Positions 36,922-47,482 of a stretch of DNA of 64,000 nt are shown one piece after another. The notes below the pieces were generated by a model. The model was not told the DNA's origin. It did not search any database and saw only the letters and a program-made list of their open reading frames with translations. Position numbers and translations under genes: made by a program. The DNA comes from a virus. Taxonomy: Duplodnaviria > Heunggongvirae > Uroviricota > Caudoviricetes. The stretch lies in IMG/VR virus record IMGVR_UViG_3300028797_000098, positions 38,321 through 102,320 of that record; one strand, given 5' to 3'. How positions within the stretch are numbered: position 1 is the stretch's first letter; every line of letters starts with the position of its first letter.

Positions 36922-37199
36922 GCGAATGCTCCATCTGCCCTATCGATTGGGATGACTATTACGAGAATGTCGAGATGGCCTTGAAGACCATCTGGGATTC
37001 CAATCTGGACGATGTGGTTAAGGAACGGCTGGAAGAATTACTCCGGGTAGATACGATTAACGCCTACCCGAAACCCATCCAGTCATGGGACGATACTAAG
37101 GGTAATATCGATGGAATTTGCCCAGTTGGCGCCTCGGTGCCCGAGGTGGACTGGTTGCGGGGGCAAGTAGACAAGTTGTGTAAAGGAACTGCATTATGA
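36915..37199 (+). CDS. hypothetical protein
   Basis: 94-aa ORF. Confidence 0.4.
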   Translation: MVGECSICPIDWDDYYENVEMALKTIWDSNLDDVVKERLEELLRVDTINAYPKPIQSWDDTKGNIDGICPVGASVPEVDWLRGQVDKLCKGTAL

Positions 37200-38299
37200 G
37201 TAGCGAGAACGAGGAAGCGCAGCGTCGAGAATTTTTCGAGACACGTACGCCGGAGGATCCGGCCTACTATTCCCCGAGGATTTTGGACCTACACGATTAC
37301 GAAAGCGGGAAGATGCTTACCAAGCGCGGCCAAGATATCATGGAACGTCTCCGTGCCATGGATTGGCAGGAAGTGCTCAGGGAATACCTGAGAAATTGGA
37401 TTACGGGCATGCAGATGCTCCATGTGGTCTCGACCGACTTCAACACCGGGAACAGTTCTCCGGCCCAGTACGGGTGGTATCCGGATGGATATCTCCAGGT
37501 TGCCTACGAAAAGCTCCGTGCGTCGGTTCTTGAAGACCATCCTAACCTGACTGATGGTAAGTGCAAACTGGATTCGCATTACTCGATTATCAAGGTCGAG
37601 CGTGACCTCGGATACGGCAAGAAGGTGTCTCGCACAATCGACATGTCGATAGAGTTCTACATTCCACTCCACAGGAAGGGAATCTGTTACAAGTGCAGTG
37701 CCAAGGCATATGGTGACAATGGTTTCTGTGACGAATTTGTCCAGTACGCCAAGGAGCTGCAATCTAAAATGGAGGCCTTCAAAAAGGAACCGCTGCTCAA
37801 GACCGACTTGCGCCCGTACGACACCTATCCTGATATTTCATCCTACAAGGACAGGCGAGACCAGCTTGGCATAATACGTCACTACATGGTTCATGACACT
37901 GTGGGCAAACGGGGCAAGTGCCGGTTTACTCAAGGTTTCATCGATGCTTACAAAGACGCCCGTGACTTCTGTAAGGCGCTTCCCGACCTTAACTTTTCTG
38001 AGGTCCGTGATGCCTTCGAGTACAAGGGTAAGACATACACTGCCGAGGAGTATGACTTTCCGGCCAATGAGTTTCCGGATGAAATCCAGTTTGTCAGGCT
38101 GCTTGCCGAGGATGTCCTCTTATACAAGTACGGGTTACTCGATGCCATGGTCGAGTATAAGTGGGACAAGGAAAGTCAAGCCCGGATGTTTATCTGGCAC
38201 TGGCGAGACAAGCTTCACCAACAGGTCACACCGGATATCAAAGAATGGATCGAGAAATGGATTCCCACTGACCGAATCAATTATGTAATGGGTAAGTAA
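37196..38299 (+). CDS. hypothetical protein
   Basis: 367-aa ORF. ATGA overlap with the upstream gene. Confidence 0.5.
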   Translation: MSSENEEAQRREFFETRTPEDPAYYSPRILDLHDYESGKMLTKRGQDIMERLRAMDWQEVLREYLRNWITGMQMLHVVSTDFNTGNSSPAQYGWYPDGYLQVAYEKLRASVLEDHPNLTDGKCKLDSHYSIIKVERDLGYGKKVSRTIDMSIEFYIPLHRKGICYKCSAKAYGDNGFCDEFVQYAKELQSKMEAFKKEPLLKTDLRPYDTYPDISSYKDRRDQLGIIRHYMVHDTVGKRGKCRFTQGFIDAYKDARDFCKALPDLNFSEVRDAFEYKGKTYTAEEYDFPANEFPDEIQFVRLLAEDVLLYKYGLLDAMVEYKWDKESQARMFIWHWRDKLHQQVTPDIKEWIEKWIPTDRINYVMGK

Positions 38300-38300
38300 T

Positions 38301-38882
38301 ATGAGAAGACTTTTTATAATCAGGAAGGACTTGAACCTTCATGCCGGCAAGCTTGCCGCCATGGTTGGCCACTGTGCTGAATGTTACTGGCTAAACGTAT
38401 TTAAGCATATGAGTGTCGTCAAGGACAACGAATACGATATACTGCCAGTAGAAACCCCGGACGACCCCGATTATTGGATGTTGTATCGTCATCCTGGTGT
38501 ATATGCTGCGGCGAAAGCTGCTCATGAACGGGGTGAGAAAACCTTCCAATACAAGGCGGAAAACTCCCGTCCTACGAAGACGATTGCGTTTGAAATCCCG
38601 AAAGAAATCTGGGATGGTTACATCAATGATATCTTCACGAAGACAATCTGTGAGGCAAAGAACCTTAACCATCTAATGAAGGTGGAAGAGGTCGCCAAGG
38701 AACTTGGTCTTGTCCCGCTCATTGACTATGGGTATATCGACGATGTTTGCAAGACCGACCTGACACCGGAATTTACCGACGCGGATGGTGTGGGCCGGTG
38801 CCGCGTTGGCATCTGGTTCAAGCCACTCCCGGATGAAATTAGCCGTAAGTTGAGCAAGAAGTATCAACTGTATAAGGATTAG
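38301..38882 (+). CDS. hypothetical protein
   Basis: 193-aa ORF. Confidence 0.45.
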   Translation: MRRLFIIRKDLNLHAGKLAAMVGHCAECYWLNVFKHMSVVKDNEYDILPVETPDDPDYWMLYRHPGVYAAAKAAHERGEKTFQYKAENSRPTKTIAFEIPKEIWDGYINDIFTKTICEAKNLNHLMKVEEVAKELGLVPLIDYGYIDDVCKTDLTPEFTDADGVGRCRVGIWFKPLPDEISRKLSKKYQLYKD

Positions 38883-38885
38883 ACC

Positions 38886-39197
38886 ATGAAGGATACTAGG
38901 ATAGAAGACTTGGTCAAGACCATATTGCAGGCGACCAGTGTCAAGGAAGTTATCGACGCTGATGGAAACCGTATGAGCGTTGGCTCAAACCGTCTCCATC
39001 TGAGCGTTACCGATGATGTCGATATCATTATCGAGACAAATATGGGCCCGATGTATGACGTGTGGATTCAGAACCATACCGAGGGAGAAGGATGCACAGT
39101 CGCCCGTACTGAGGACTTGAAGAAGGTAGCAGCATTCATCCTAAGCGTATTCAAATTGTGCGGAGTAAAACCAAATGGATCGAAAAAAGAAGGCTAG
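38886..39197 (+). CDS. hypothetical protein
   Basis: 103-aa ORF. Confidence 0.4.
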   Translation: MKDTRIEDLVKTILQATSVKEVIDADGNRMSVGSNRLHLSVTDDVDIIIETNMGPMYDVWIQNHTEGEGCTVARTEDLKKVAAFILSVFKLCGVKPNGSKKEG

Positions 39198-39534
39198 GGA
39201 ACTACTGTCCCTTCCATGTTTGGGTTATTGGCAAAATACTACGGATTGCCGAGACTTCTGTTGTGATTATTATGCGGAAATCGACTGTGAAGATTGCGTA
39301 TGCAATTTCGGCAAGACCGGTAAACATCCCTATGACCCCAGGACTAGCAAACCAATATCAGGAAAAGTGCTCAAATGCATGAAGGCAATGGTAAGAGATG
39401 CAAGCAAAGAAGCTAAATTACGAGAATTACGGGAGGATGCTATTATCCTCAGCGAGGCAAGTGGGGAAGACATCTATCCATTTGGCCCAATTGATCAACT
39501 GGTTGTCATTCCAAGACCATCCACAGGACTTTAA
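39175..39534 (+). CDS. hypothetical Cys-rich protein
   Basis: Contains CRDFCCDYYAEIDCEDCVC. Confidence 0.4.
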   Translation: MDRKKKARELLSLPCLGYWQNTTDCRDFCCDYYAEIDCEDCVCNFGKTGKHPYDPRTSKPISGKVLKCMKAMVRDASKEAKLRELREDAIILSEASGEDIYPFGPIDQLVVIPRPSTGL

Positions 39535-39567
39535 GCCTCTGGAAGTCAAAATGGAGCTTGTTGAGAT

Positions 39568-39864
39568 ATGATAAAATGTGCAGAAGTAAAGAAATACTTG
39601 GATGAAATAGGCATCCCGTACATCACCAAGGATGCTAATGACATGGAGGTATTGCAGCTGCAATACAACCAGGATCTGTGTGCAATTTTTCCTCCGGTGG
39701 AAGACTGTGTTAAGTACAGTGTCATTCTGGCATATAACGGCGCGGTGCAGAGCGGAACCACTATGGACCTTGACCAGTTGAAAGAGTGGATTTACAAGGT
39801 CTGGATATTGAATTCCGAGGATTATGTTTATGAAGACGAACCTAAAGGGGAGGTTATCAACTGA
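39568..39864 (+). CDS. hypothetical protein
   Basis: 98-aa ORF. Confidence 0.4.
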   Translation: MIKCAEVKKYLDEIGIPYITKDANDMEVLQLQYNQDLCAIFPPVEDCVKYSVILAYNGAVQSGTTMDLDQLKEWIYKVWILNSEDYVYEDEPKGEVIN

Positions 39865-40190
39865 TGAAATGGCGAATTAAGGAAATTTTTAGCCCGAAAT
39901 ACAATAGGACGCTGTATGTTCCGCAGATGAAGGGGCTGTTCTTTTATAGCAGTTTTTCTTATGAGGAATATTGCGATTGTATAGAGCACCTGCATAGCAT
40001 GTGCGATGATTTCTTTCTGGTGTGGGAGTTCCCGAGTAATCGGGTTGGCTTCAAGACGATTAAGCGTGCAAAGGATATGATTGGATATTACAAAGAACAT
40101 TGTAAAATTGTTGCCGAACACAAGGAAGCCGAAAGGAAAGCTATTGAACTGGGAAAGAAGATTAAACCGAAATACATCGAGGTAGAATAA
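39864..40190 (+). CDS. hypothetical protein
   Basis: 108 aa. ATGA overlap with the upstream gene. Confidence 0.4.
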   Translation: MKWRIKEIFSPKYNRTLYVPQMKGLFFYSSFSYEEYCDCIEHLHSMCDDFFLVWEFPSNRVGFKTIKRAKDMIGYYKEHCKIVAEHKEAERKAIELGKKIKPKYIEVE

Positions 40191-40471
40191 TGCAGGCGTT
40201 TTATTGTGCGAATTCCGTATATGCCAACCGGGATGAAAATGGTGTGTTCCATACCCGTTATTGGGAAATGGCCAGTTCCAACCGTGGATGTACTGAACTG
40301 GACTTGATTGATGTCCAGATTGATGGTGATTATTTTGCCTTGGTTGTCTGCTATCCAGGGAAGCCGGAAAGTACCCATACACTCTATGCCAAGAAGGTGA
40401 CATCCGGTAATGACCGTTGCGGATGGCGCAAGCGCGTGGGTGGAATCGGCTTTGAGGAAGTTGCCGGTTGA
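40190..40471 (+). CDS. hypothetical protein
   Basis: 93 aa. TAATG overlap with the upstream gene. Confidence 0.4.
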   Translation: MQAFYCANSVYANRDENGVFHTRYWEMASSNRGCTELDLIDVQIDGDYFALVVCYPGKPESTHTLYAKKVTSGNDRCGWRKRVGGIGFEEVAG

Positions 40472-40502
40472 CGGCCACGTGCATAAATGCTAGGTTTGAT
40501 AT

Positions 40503-41102
40503 ATGGAAAAGATTGTTTATTCAGAAAGAATCCGTGACTTGATTGACCATCTGGTGCGTATCAAGGTAATTCATAAGAAGAAGGGTTATCTTGTTGGATG
40601 CCAGCAAATGCTTGAAAAAGCTCTCGACATCAGCACTGATTATGATCAGCATAATGCACTTGAAACAATCAAGGCCGAAATTTGCGCTTTGCAGCATGAA
40701 GAAACCCAGCTTCGTAAAAAGACCGGTGAGGTTAAGACTGAACTGGCTGAACTCCTGATGGAAACATATAGGGGTAAGATTGTCCGTGCAGGTGACTCGG
40801 TATTTCACATGATTGACCGGGTTGAATTTGCGTCCGGAAATGATACGCTTATCGTGTTTTACACAAGAGGGCTTGATACCAAGCTTAAGACGATGGATGC
40901 GAAACACAGGTGCTGTGATGATATGGTCCGCATGTGGCCGGAACCGTTGAAGCTGGACTTGCCGGAAGGTGAACATTATCTTACGGGTCTTCCGAGAATG
41001 TACTTTGTTACATGGGAGGACTTGGAACCGGAATTCGAACTAATCGATCCGACCGGTTCAATCAAGAAGAATGCCGCTGAAATGTGGGGCATCAAGATAT
41101 GA
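40503..41102 (+). CDS. hypothetical protein
   Basis: 199-aa ORF. Confidence 0.45.
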   Translation: MEKIVYSERIRDLIDHLVRIKVIHKKKGYLVGCQQMLEKALDISTDYDQHNALETIKAEICALQHEETQLRKKTGEVKTELAELLMETYRGKIVRAGDSVFHMIDRVEFASGNDTLIVFYTRGLDTKLKTMDAKHRCCDDMVRMWPEPLKLDLPEGEHYLTGLPRMYFVTWEDLEPEFELIDPTGSIKKNAAEMWGIKI

Positions 41103-41503
41103 CGCTTGAACAGCTATATCACTGCCTTGGAAGCTATGTCCGGAATGGGTATGGGTTCCTTAATGTTGGTGTTGAAAATGCATTTGGCGAAGGGGGCGAC
41201 CTTAATGCCGTCGTTCTCTCCAATGATGGAAAGTCAATAATCTTTAAGGAATCGTTTGAACCCCAGTTCTTTGAGGGTGGGTTATACGATGTAGACCTGA
41301 AAGGACCGTTTATTGCCAGGCGGGCTACCGGTGACGAAGGCCCGGGAACTAAGGCTGGTGATCATATCCTTGAACGGGATGATGGTGACAAGATGATGCA
41401 TGTTATCAACGGGATTCCTGAAAACGCCAGATTTACTGGCATTGTTGCACACTTTAGCATATTGAAAGAAAAGGAAGAATGCAATGGTCAAGAAGCCGGT
41501 TAA
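41084..41503 (+). CDS. hypothetical protein
   Basis: 139-aa ORF. Confidence 0.4.
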   Translation: MGHQDMTLEQLYHCLGSYVRNGYGFLNVGVENAFGEGGDLNAVVLSNDGKSIIFKESFEPQFFEGGLYDVDLKGPFIARRATGDEGPGTKAGDHILERDDGDKMMHVINGIPENARFTGIVAHFSILKEKEECNGQEAG

Positions 41504-42005
41504 ACAAGAAGCGAAGCGTAAGAGTCTTCGCGAACGTGCCATCGATGAACTGAAAGATCTTGTAAAGAATAAGCCGGATGAGTTTGATTCTGAACGGCTT
41601 GATGAAGTAATCGCTCAAATAAATTCGGTTCCAGATGAACATTTGGATGCGTACCTTGTCCTACAGGAACCTTTTAAACTGGTGTGTCGGCAGGTGGAAT
41701 TTACGCCTGAAGAGCTTGGAAAAATCAAGGACATGCTGGAAAAGAATTTTACTGTATTAAATTTCAAGCAATGCGATAAAGATGACCGTATCCGAGACGA
41801 CTATGGGTTTAATGTTTCCACAAAACAATGTCCGAATGTTTCTGCGTGGATAAGCAAGATGCGTCCCATGTTTGACGACTATAAAGATGGGTATTTCAAT
41901 ATTCTTCTATGCGGTGGCCTGTTCTCATATTGTGACTACAACTTCAAAACCATTGATGAAATGGTTCTGAAACTAAAAAGCCTGATTGAAAATTATAACG
42001 GCTAG
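41484..42005 (+). CDS. hypothetical protein
   Basis: 173-aa ORF. Confidence 0.45.
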   Translation: MVKKPVKQEAKRKSLRERAIDELKDLVKNKPDEFDSERLDEVIAQINSVPDEHLDAYLVLQEPFKLVCRQVEFTPEELGKIKDMLEKNFTVLNFKQCDKDDRIRDDYGFNVSTKQCPNVSAWISKMRPMFDDYKDGYFNILLCGGLFSYCDYNFKTIDEMVLKLKSLIENYNG

Positions 42006-42505
42006 GGTCCTAGTGTAATCCCGACTGACTTGGCCAGCTTATCAAGGCTGGCCTTGTCTGCTGAAGAGACATAGGAATTGTCCACCTTGTGGTCAATCAT
42101 GAGTTCTTGGATTGCCAGGTCCCACTGCCCATTAAGACACATCGAGCGATACTTCTCGATATTTTCCACGGAGGACATGAGTCGGAGAAGGTATTCGGCC
42201 TCGTCGTCGTTGGTGTAGACTGTCTGGAGTGTGCCGTCTTCAAGTTTGAACTTGATCCGGTAGGTGTATGGAATGTCTACTTCAAGTTTGCATGAATCGA
42301 TTGTATCAAGAGGGCCTATTCTACGGCAAACTTCGCCTTTTTGGCTGAATTTCCCTTTCTCGGTGGACAGGATGGTCACCGGATTCTGTCCGTGCCTCGC
42401 CTCCGAGATGTTGAACATGGGAAAGAACGGGGACATGGGGGCCAACTTGAATGCACACCAGATTCCACTGACTGGGACTGCTGAAATTTGGGTTACTTCT
42501 TCCAT
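42002..42505 (-). CDS. hypothetical protein
   Basis: 167-aa minus-strand ORF. Minus-strand promoter-like TTTTTTGCTACTTTTC lies just upstream. Confidence 0.45.
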   Translation of the reverse strand: MEEVTQISAVPVSGIWCAFKLAPMSPFFPMFNISEARHGQNPVTILSTEKGKFSQKGEVCRRIGPLDTIDSCKLEVDIPYTYRIKFKLEDGTLQTVYTNDDEAEYLLRLMSSVENIEKYRSMCLNGQWDLAIQELMIDHKVDNSYVSSADKASLDKLAKSVGITLGP

Positions 42506-42518
42506 TTTACATTCCTTT

Positions 42519-42561
42519 TATTTGAAAAGTAGCAAAAAATGCGCTCTTTTGCTATATTTAT
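42519..42561. promoter_or_regulatory. divergent promoter pair sharing the palindrome AGCAAAAAATGCGCTCTTTTGCT
   Basis: Minus: TTTTTTGCTACTTTTC. Plus: CTTTTGCTATATTTATTGC followed by the ATG at 42565. Confidence 0.45.
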
Positions 42562-42564
42562 TGC

Positions 42565-43143
42565 ATGAAAAAGATTGAATATCCAGAAGACCTTCTGAAA
42601 ACCGTCGATACATTCTCTGAACTTCGCGCAATCCGCAGCTTGATTGGCAAGTACATGATGATAAAGAAGCTTATGTACGATGTCAAGCGGGACGAGAATG
42701 TGACTTCAAGACTCCCCGATGACCTTATCACGGGGGTCCGAGATAGAATTGCTGAATTGAACGAAAGACGGGACTTCTTGGCCTCGAAGGAAGACGATAT
42801 CCGGCATCGACTGGTGGATTCTCTCAAAGATTTGCTGGTTTCCAAGATTTTGCATATGGAACGGTTTGACAATGCGTGGAAACTGGATGAGTATGTTGCT
42901 GTCGAAGACGTTTCGTGGTATGGACCCGTCGATATCAGGATAACCGGAAAGGCATACCAGCTTGACTGTAATTACTCTTTGACTAGGCGGGATTACACCG
43001 ATACGTTCCCCCTATGGATGGATTCCCCGGAGGCATTGAATTATAAGGGTCCCCACTATGACAATTTGCTTCCGCTTATTGCCGAGATGGATGGTGAGGA
43101 CGATGTGAAACAGCACTTGCTGGGTGAAACCTTTAACTTCTGA
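42565..43143 (+). CDS. hypothetical protein
   Basis: 192-aa ORF. Confidence 0.5.
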   Translation: MKKIEYPEDLLKTVDTFSELRAIRSLIGKYMMIKKLMYDVKRDENVTSRLPDDLITGVRDRIAELNERRDFLASKEDDIRHRLVDSLKDLLVSKILHMERFDNAWKLDEYVAVEDVSWYGPVDIRITGKAYQLDCNYSLTRRDYTDTFPLWMDSPEALNYKGPHYDNLLPLIAEMDGEDDVKQHLLGETFNF

Positions 43144-43399
43144 GGAAATTATGACAATCATGCGCGAATATCACGACAAGGACGGCAACTACTGGGAAAT
43201 CGAGACTTCCCATTACATTCCGCCGGAGGAAGCGATCAAGAATCCGGCGTATGTGCGCGGATGCATCACTGCCGAGGAACGTCGCAATGAGGAAAATGCA
43301 AGACGCCGGTTTGAACGGCTTAGCCGTAATTTGAACATTGCAATGATTAGCCTGCTCATAATTATGGGTATCGTGTTGATTATCCAGAGGACATTTTGA
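43124..43399 (+). CDS. small protein with C-terminal TM helix
   Basis: C-terminal IAMISLLIIMGIVLII. Confidence 0.4.
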   Translation: MKPLTSEEIMTIMREYHDKDGNYWEIETSHYIPPEEAIKNPAYVRGCITAEERRNEENARRRFERLSRNLNIAMISLLIIMGIVLIIQRTF

Positions 43400-44145
43400 T
43401 TATGAACTACCTGCAACTGAAAGACAATTCGACATTCGCCCCGGAAGAGGCTGCACTGGCCGAGTATTTCGGTGAGGGTAACTACGTACCGTTCCACGCG
43501 AAGGAGATCCTGCAACGGCGCATCATTCTGCTGCCGGGCGACTTCTTGGCCGGTGGCCTGCAGGTTACACTCCCTGCGCTTAGACAGCTCGGGGTGGATA
43601 ACTACCGAAACGACGACTACCCGGAAGAATTGGTCAAATACCTGCACCGCAACGTATGGTCCGGCAACATGAAGTATTTCCGCCGGAGGATTGAAGCCGA
43701 CGGCGAAATTGTGCCGGTGTTCATCAAGCCCATGCGCAAGGTGAAACGGTTTACTGGCCGTGTTATCAGTACAGCCGACGACCTGTCCCCCCTGTGCAAC
43801 ATCGGCGGCAATGTTGAACTGTACTGCTCCGAACAGGTTCGCTGGGTTTCCGAATATCGCGTACCGGTAATACATGGGAAAATCCAGGGATATTTCTGGT
43901 ATGATGGCGACAAAAGTATTACAGTGGACACTGCGGAAGTGGAGAAGATGGTTCATGATTATGTAATGGCGCCTTGGGCATATTGCTTGGATGTTGGCGT
44001 GCTTGACACCGGTGAGACTGCCCTGGTTGAGGTGAACGACGCTTTTAGCATAGGTATGTACGCGGGTATGGAAAAATGCTATGGGGATTTGCTAACAACG
44101 CGATGGAATGAACTTACATTTAGAGGAGTGAAACCTAACTTATGA
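43396..44145 (+). CDS. ATP-grasp-like protein (tentative)
   Basis: VPVFIKPMRKVKRFTGRV...E.R.P...G...DVGVLDTGETALVEVNDAFS pattern. Confidence 0.35.
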   Translation: MIMNYLQLKDNSTFAPEEAALAEYFGEGNYVPFHAKEILQRRIILLPGDFLAGGLQVTLPALRQLGVDNYRNDDYPEELVKYLHRNVWSGNMKYFRRRIEADGEIVPVFIKPMRKVKRFTGRVISTADDLSPLCNIGGNVELYCSEQVRWVSEYRVPVIHGKIQGYFWYDGDKSITVDTAEVEKMVHDYVMAPWAYCLDVGVLDTGETALVEVNDAFSIGMYAGMEKCYGDLLTTRWNELTFRGVKPNL

Positions 44146-44789
44146 CAGATGAAGAAATGAAACACAAGGCGGACTTGTTCAAGAAGTTCTGCGCTATGTC
44201 TCCAGACCAATTGGAGGCATATGAAAAGAAATTTAAAGAGGCTGAAGAGAAAGCCAAAGATGAAGAGGAGAAATATCGTCGCTGTTCATTGGAGTATTGT
44301 CATTACAACAAGGTTGTTGAGCTTGCCAAGAAAGGCTGTAAGCACCTATTCGGAAAGTGGTATGCGACGAAGAGCGGCCTCGGGAATCACCCGACCGTCT
44401 TCCGGGTGCTTAAGATGACAACAGGCACCGAAGATGAAGAATTCGATATCCTGGATGTGCAGGGAAAAACGGTGCTTACTCCGAAACAGTGGTTCAAGAG
44501 CACCAAGGTTTCTGTATACATGTTCCGGTTTGCGCCGGATTATGACTCCAAACCGGATGTATATACGAAGACTTCGTTTGAGGCCGGCGATTTATGTGCG
44601 TTGGAAAATTTTATCAATGCGCTGCTTAAAGAGATTGGCGCTGAACACGACTGGTGGAAGATGAGCGTGGAAGAATTCAGAGAAATGCTGAAAGAGAACC
44701 GTGAATCGTACGTCAAGGACGTAGACCATATCCTGATGGGCGACAACATTGACACAATCAAGAAACTTTGCAACATATTGGGTATCTAA
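44142..44789 (+). CDS. hypothetical protein
   Basis: 215-aa ORF. Confidence 0.45.
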   Translation: MTDEEMKHKADLFKKFCAMSPDQLEAYEKKFKEAEEKAKDEEEKYRRCSLEYCHYNKVVELAKKGCKHLFGKWYATKSGLGNHPTVFRVLKMTTGTEDEEFDILDVQGKTVLTPKQWFKSTKVSVYMFRFAPDYDSKPDVYTKTSFEAGDLCALENFINALLKEIGAEHDWWKMSVEEFREMLKENRESYVKDVDHILMGDNIDTIKKLCNILGI

Positions 44790-45571
44790 TGCAGAAATTT
44801 AACCCCCCTAACGAAACTGAATACACCGAATACCTGAATGATTCCAGCCATGCGGAATGGTATGACAAGGCGAGTAATAATCTTGAGCGAATACAGAAGA
44901 AAATAGACGATGAATCGGATTCGATTGAGCTTGCTAAACAGTTTGTCCCATTCTGCAAGAGACTGCAGTCGATAGCTGATGACGTTGTGGGAAAGTGGGC
45001 ATTCCTTGAACCGGGCACGGAAGTTAATTTTGGCGACAAGACGACGAAGTTACAAAATCCAATGATCCTGTATGGATTGTCATTGAACTTGTGTACTCGC
45101 ATTGTTTTGCCTGAAAATGGCGGATTTGCGAAGAATCTGGTTGGCAAGGATGGCAAGGTTGTTGAAGTGTCTTTCAATGATATGTATTATCTTGATAGAA
45201 TCAAGTTTTCTGCAATCATGCTGACAAACAAGGTTGCTAGGATTATACCCGCAATCATCTATGATGACTACATGTTTTGTTCAAAGGGGTATAAATTGGG
45301 TCCTTCATTGACTTTGACTGAAATGATTGACACGATCTTGGAAAAGGAAGACCGGTATAACCGGGTTTATCATATCATCAAGGATATGACGACGGACGGT
45401 GCTAAAGAGAAATGCGAAGAATTTCTGCGTGCCAACAAGGATCGCCTTCTTGGAACACTTGGCAACGATCGTGAAAACATCATCAAGGGCTATGATTATA
45501 TCACCGAGAACATTGGAACGGTCCTGTTTGATGGCGAGAAGGTCATGAAGCTCTACGGGAGCTACGGGTAA
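44768..45571 (+). CDS. hypothetical protein
   Basis: 267-aa ORF. Confidence 0.45.
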   Translation: MQHIGYLMQKFNPPNETEYTEYLNDSSHAEWYDKASNNLERIQKKIDDESDSIELAKQFVPFCKRLQSIADDVVGKWAFLEPGTEVNFGDKTTKLQNPMILYGLSLNLCTRIVLPENGGFAKNLVGKDGKVVEVSFNDMYYLDRIKFSAIMLTNKVARIIPAIIYDDYMFCSKGYKLGPSLTLTEMIDTILEKEDRYNRVYHIIKDMTTDGAKEKCEEFLRANKDRLLGTLGNDRENIIKGYDYITENIGTVLFDGEKVMKLYGSYG

Positions 45572-45801
45572 TGGGTACTATTGCACAAATATTGAGGGGC
45601 ATCATCAGGGCAATATTCTATGCGATTGAGTATGTACTGTATTTCCCGATGGTTGTAATGCTGTTCATCGCATTTGGAATACCGGCTATTCTTGTCCTAT
45701 GGGCATTTGATGACCGGCTGACGTTCCGAGAGTGGTGGCTTAAGACCTGGAACGATACCATGAGGCTATGCGGAATGCCTTATGACCCCAGATGGAAGTA
45801 A
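45571..45801 (+). CDS. small membrane protein
   Basis: TM helices in AIFYAIEYVLYFPMVVMLFIAFGIPAILVLWAF. Confidence 0.4.
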   Translation: MGTIAQILRGIIRAIFYAIEYVLYFPMVVMLFIAFGIPAILVLWAFDDRLTFREWWLKTWNDTMRLCGMPYDPRWK

Positions 45802-45814
45802 TTTTGGGTAGGAG

Positions 45815-46186
45815 GTGATTATGAAGCTCAAATGGAATGGCTTTGACCTTGAATTGACCGTAGAAGAACTGAAGCAGATGGTGAAGGAGGGCCTTATTGA
45901 CCCCAATGACGAGAAGGTGCCTTATCCTGACGACTGGAAGGATCTCCTGAAGCGGATTCCTGAACAGCCTAACCAGCCGTTGCGGCCCAGGGACCCTTTA
46001 CAACCGTATGTCCCGAGCGTACCGAATCCATACAAGTTCCCCGTGGTTACGACGTATGGATGCCAGTCGCTTGATACCGCAATCGGCGATACCCCGTTAA
46101 ACGGCAAGGCTGTGTGGGATGGAACGACTGCACTCGGAGATAAGGGTGACGATGACGGAGGGAAGCCTATATGTTTGCGGCCTTAA
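45815..46186 (+). CDS. hypothetical protein
   Basis: GGAGGTGATT then ATG. 123 aa. Confidence 0.45.
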   Translation: MIMKLKWNGFDLELTVEELKQMVKEGLIDPNDEKVPYPDDWKDLLKRIPEQPNQPLRPRDPLQPYVPSVPNPYKFPVVTTYGCQSLDTAIGDTPLNGKAVWDGTTALGDKGDDDGGKPICLRP

Positions 46187-46587
46187 AGAAGCTGCTTGGA
46201 CTTCCGTATAATCCATATGAAGGAATTACCGTCAGGGTGGAAAAGGACAACCTAGTGGAATACTGTCCGGGTCCGCATACGATATTAAGTAAACTCCCGT
46301 ATACATTTCCAGGGTCATGCGTGAATGTGGTTTACATGCCAGGGTACTCCATTAAATCCGGGGAACCGGGGCGTAACCTGTTTGTGCTGTTGTTCACCGA
46401 GACAAAACCGTATGAATTGTGTGACGATACTGTCAGGGTAGTCCTGGTGAATCAGTCACCCGACGGAAAGCTGTTTTGGACCAGGGTATGGGGTCACACC
46501 GATTTGGTGGAAAGAATTGGTCCCAAGGGATATGATTTCATGATACGGAATTCAAGGGTCAACTGGGGAATGATGCGTATTGGATAG
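46171..46587 (+). CDS. hypothetical protein
   Basis: 138-aa ORF. Confidence 0.45.
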   Translation: MFAALKKLLGLPYNPYEGITVRVEKDNLVEYCPGPHTILSKLPYTFPGSCVNVVYMPGYSIKSGEPGRNLFVLLFTETKPYELCDDTVRVVLVNQSPDGKLFWTRVWGHTDLVERIGPKGYDFMIRNSRVNWGMMRIG

Positions 46588-46602
46588 AAATCCTTTGCAA
46601 AA

Positions 46603-46636
46603 CACGGAAAAGGGCTCCTTTCGGAGCCCTTTTTTG
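46603..46636. terminator. bidirectional rho-independent terminator between convergent genes
   Basis: AAAAGGGCTCC-tttc-GGAGCCCTTTTTTG. Confidence 0.7.
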
Positions 46637-46654
46637 TTTTTGTTGGATGGCGGG

Positions 46655-47062
46655 CTATCCTTCGCGCCGCACTATGTCTTCATATGTTTCGGCTGGTTCC
46701 GGTGGAGGATCCTTGAATCGCTCGGCACATAACCGGAGGAATTCAGACCAGTAGTCCGGATGAATATCGAATTCGGCGGAACTTCTGTCTACCTTGATTG
46801 ACACATAGACTTCCTTCCCACCTTTCGTCGTAAAGTTGCCACTGAATTTGAAAATACCATTCACTTCGCCGGTCGCTCTGCAGCTGACAGAAGTGATACA
46901 GTCCGGGAGAGACTTGTTTACCTCTACAGCAGCTTCCAAGTCTTCCTGAATCTCATCAAATGTATTCGTAAATAGTACGGAGTAAATACCCCCGTATTTC
47001 GGCTTTACCTGACAAGCTTTGTGTGCAGCTTGCGTAATTTGCTCACGAGTAACCTTGCTCAT
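46655..47062 (-). CDS. hypothetical protein
   Basis: 135-aa ORF with SD AGGAGATCC. Confidence 0.5.
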   Translation of the reverse strand: MSKVTREQITQAAHKACQVKPKYGGIYSVLFTNTFDEIQEDLEAAVEVNKSLPDCITSVSCRATGEVNGIFKFSGNFTTKGGKEVYVSIKVDRSSAEFDIHPDYWSEFLRLCAERFKDPPPEPAETYEDIVRREG

Positions 47063-47071
47063 AGGATCTCC

Positions 47072-47482
47072 TTAGTGGACAGGTTTCAGGCCGTTCTCGG
47101 TGACCCAAGCGGCATCGATGTATATCTTGCGCCTGAGGTACAGTTCTTCGAGGAACACCACGTCGGCGATGTTCCAGTTGACCGGGTAGACCCCGTCCCA
47201 TTCCGTAATTGCGTCCGCGTAGAACTCGTACCAGTCGTCGTTGAGACACCAGCATCCGAGCTTGGTATCGCAGTAGGTATAGTGCGGATAGTTGCGTTCG
47301 ATGAGTTCTATCACCTGTTTCTCATAGGATGGATCGAGCACGAGGACCGAGAACAGTGTATTGGTGTAGTCCTTGTAGTCCAAGCGCTCGTTAATCCAGC
47401 GTTGGATACGTGCCGCGCTAGTGCATGGATTCCCATCCTGGTCATGATTCATTTCCACAACACGTTCATTGTACGGCTTCAT
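47072..47482 (-). CDS. hypothetical protein
   Basis: 136-aa ORF. Confidence 0.45.
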   Translation of the reverse strand: MKPYNERVVEMNHDQDGNPCTSAARIQRWINERLDYKDYTNTLFSVLVLDPSYEKQVIELIERNYPHYTYCDTKLGCWCLNDDWYEFYADAITEWDGVYPVNWNIADVVFLEELYLRRKIYIDAAWVTENGLKPVH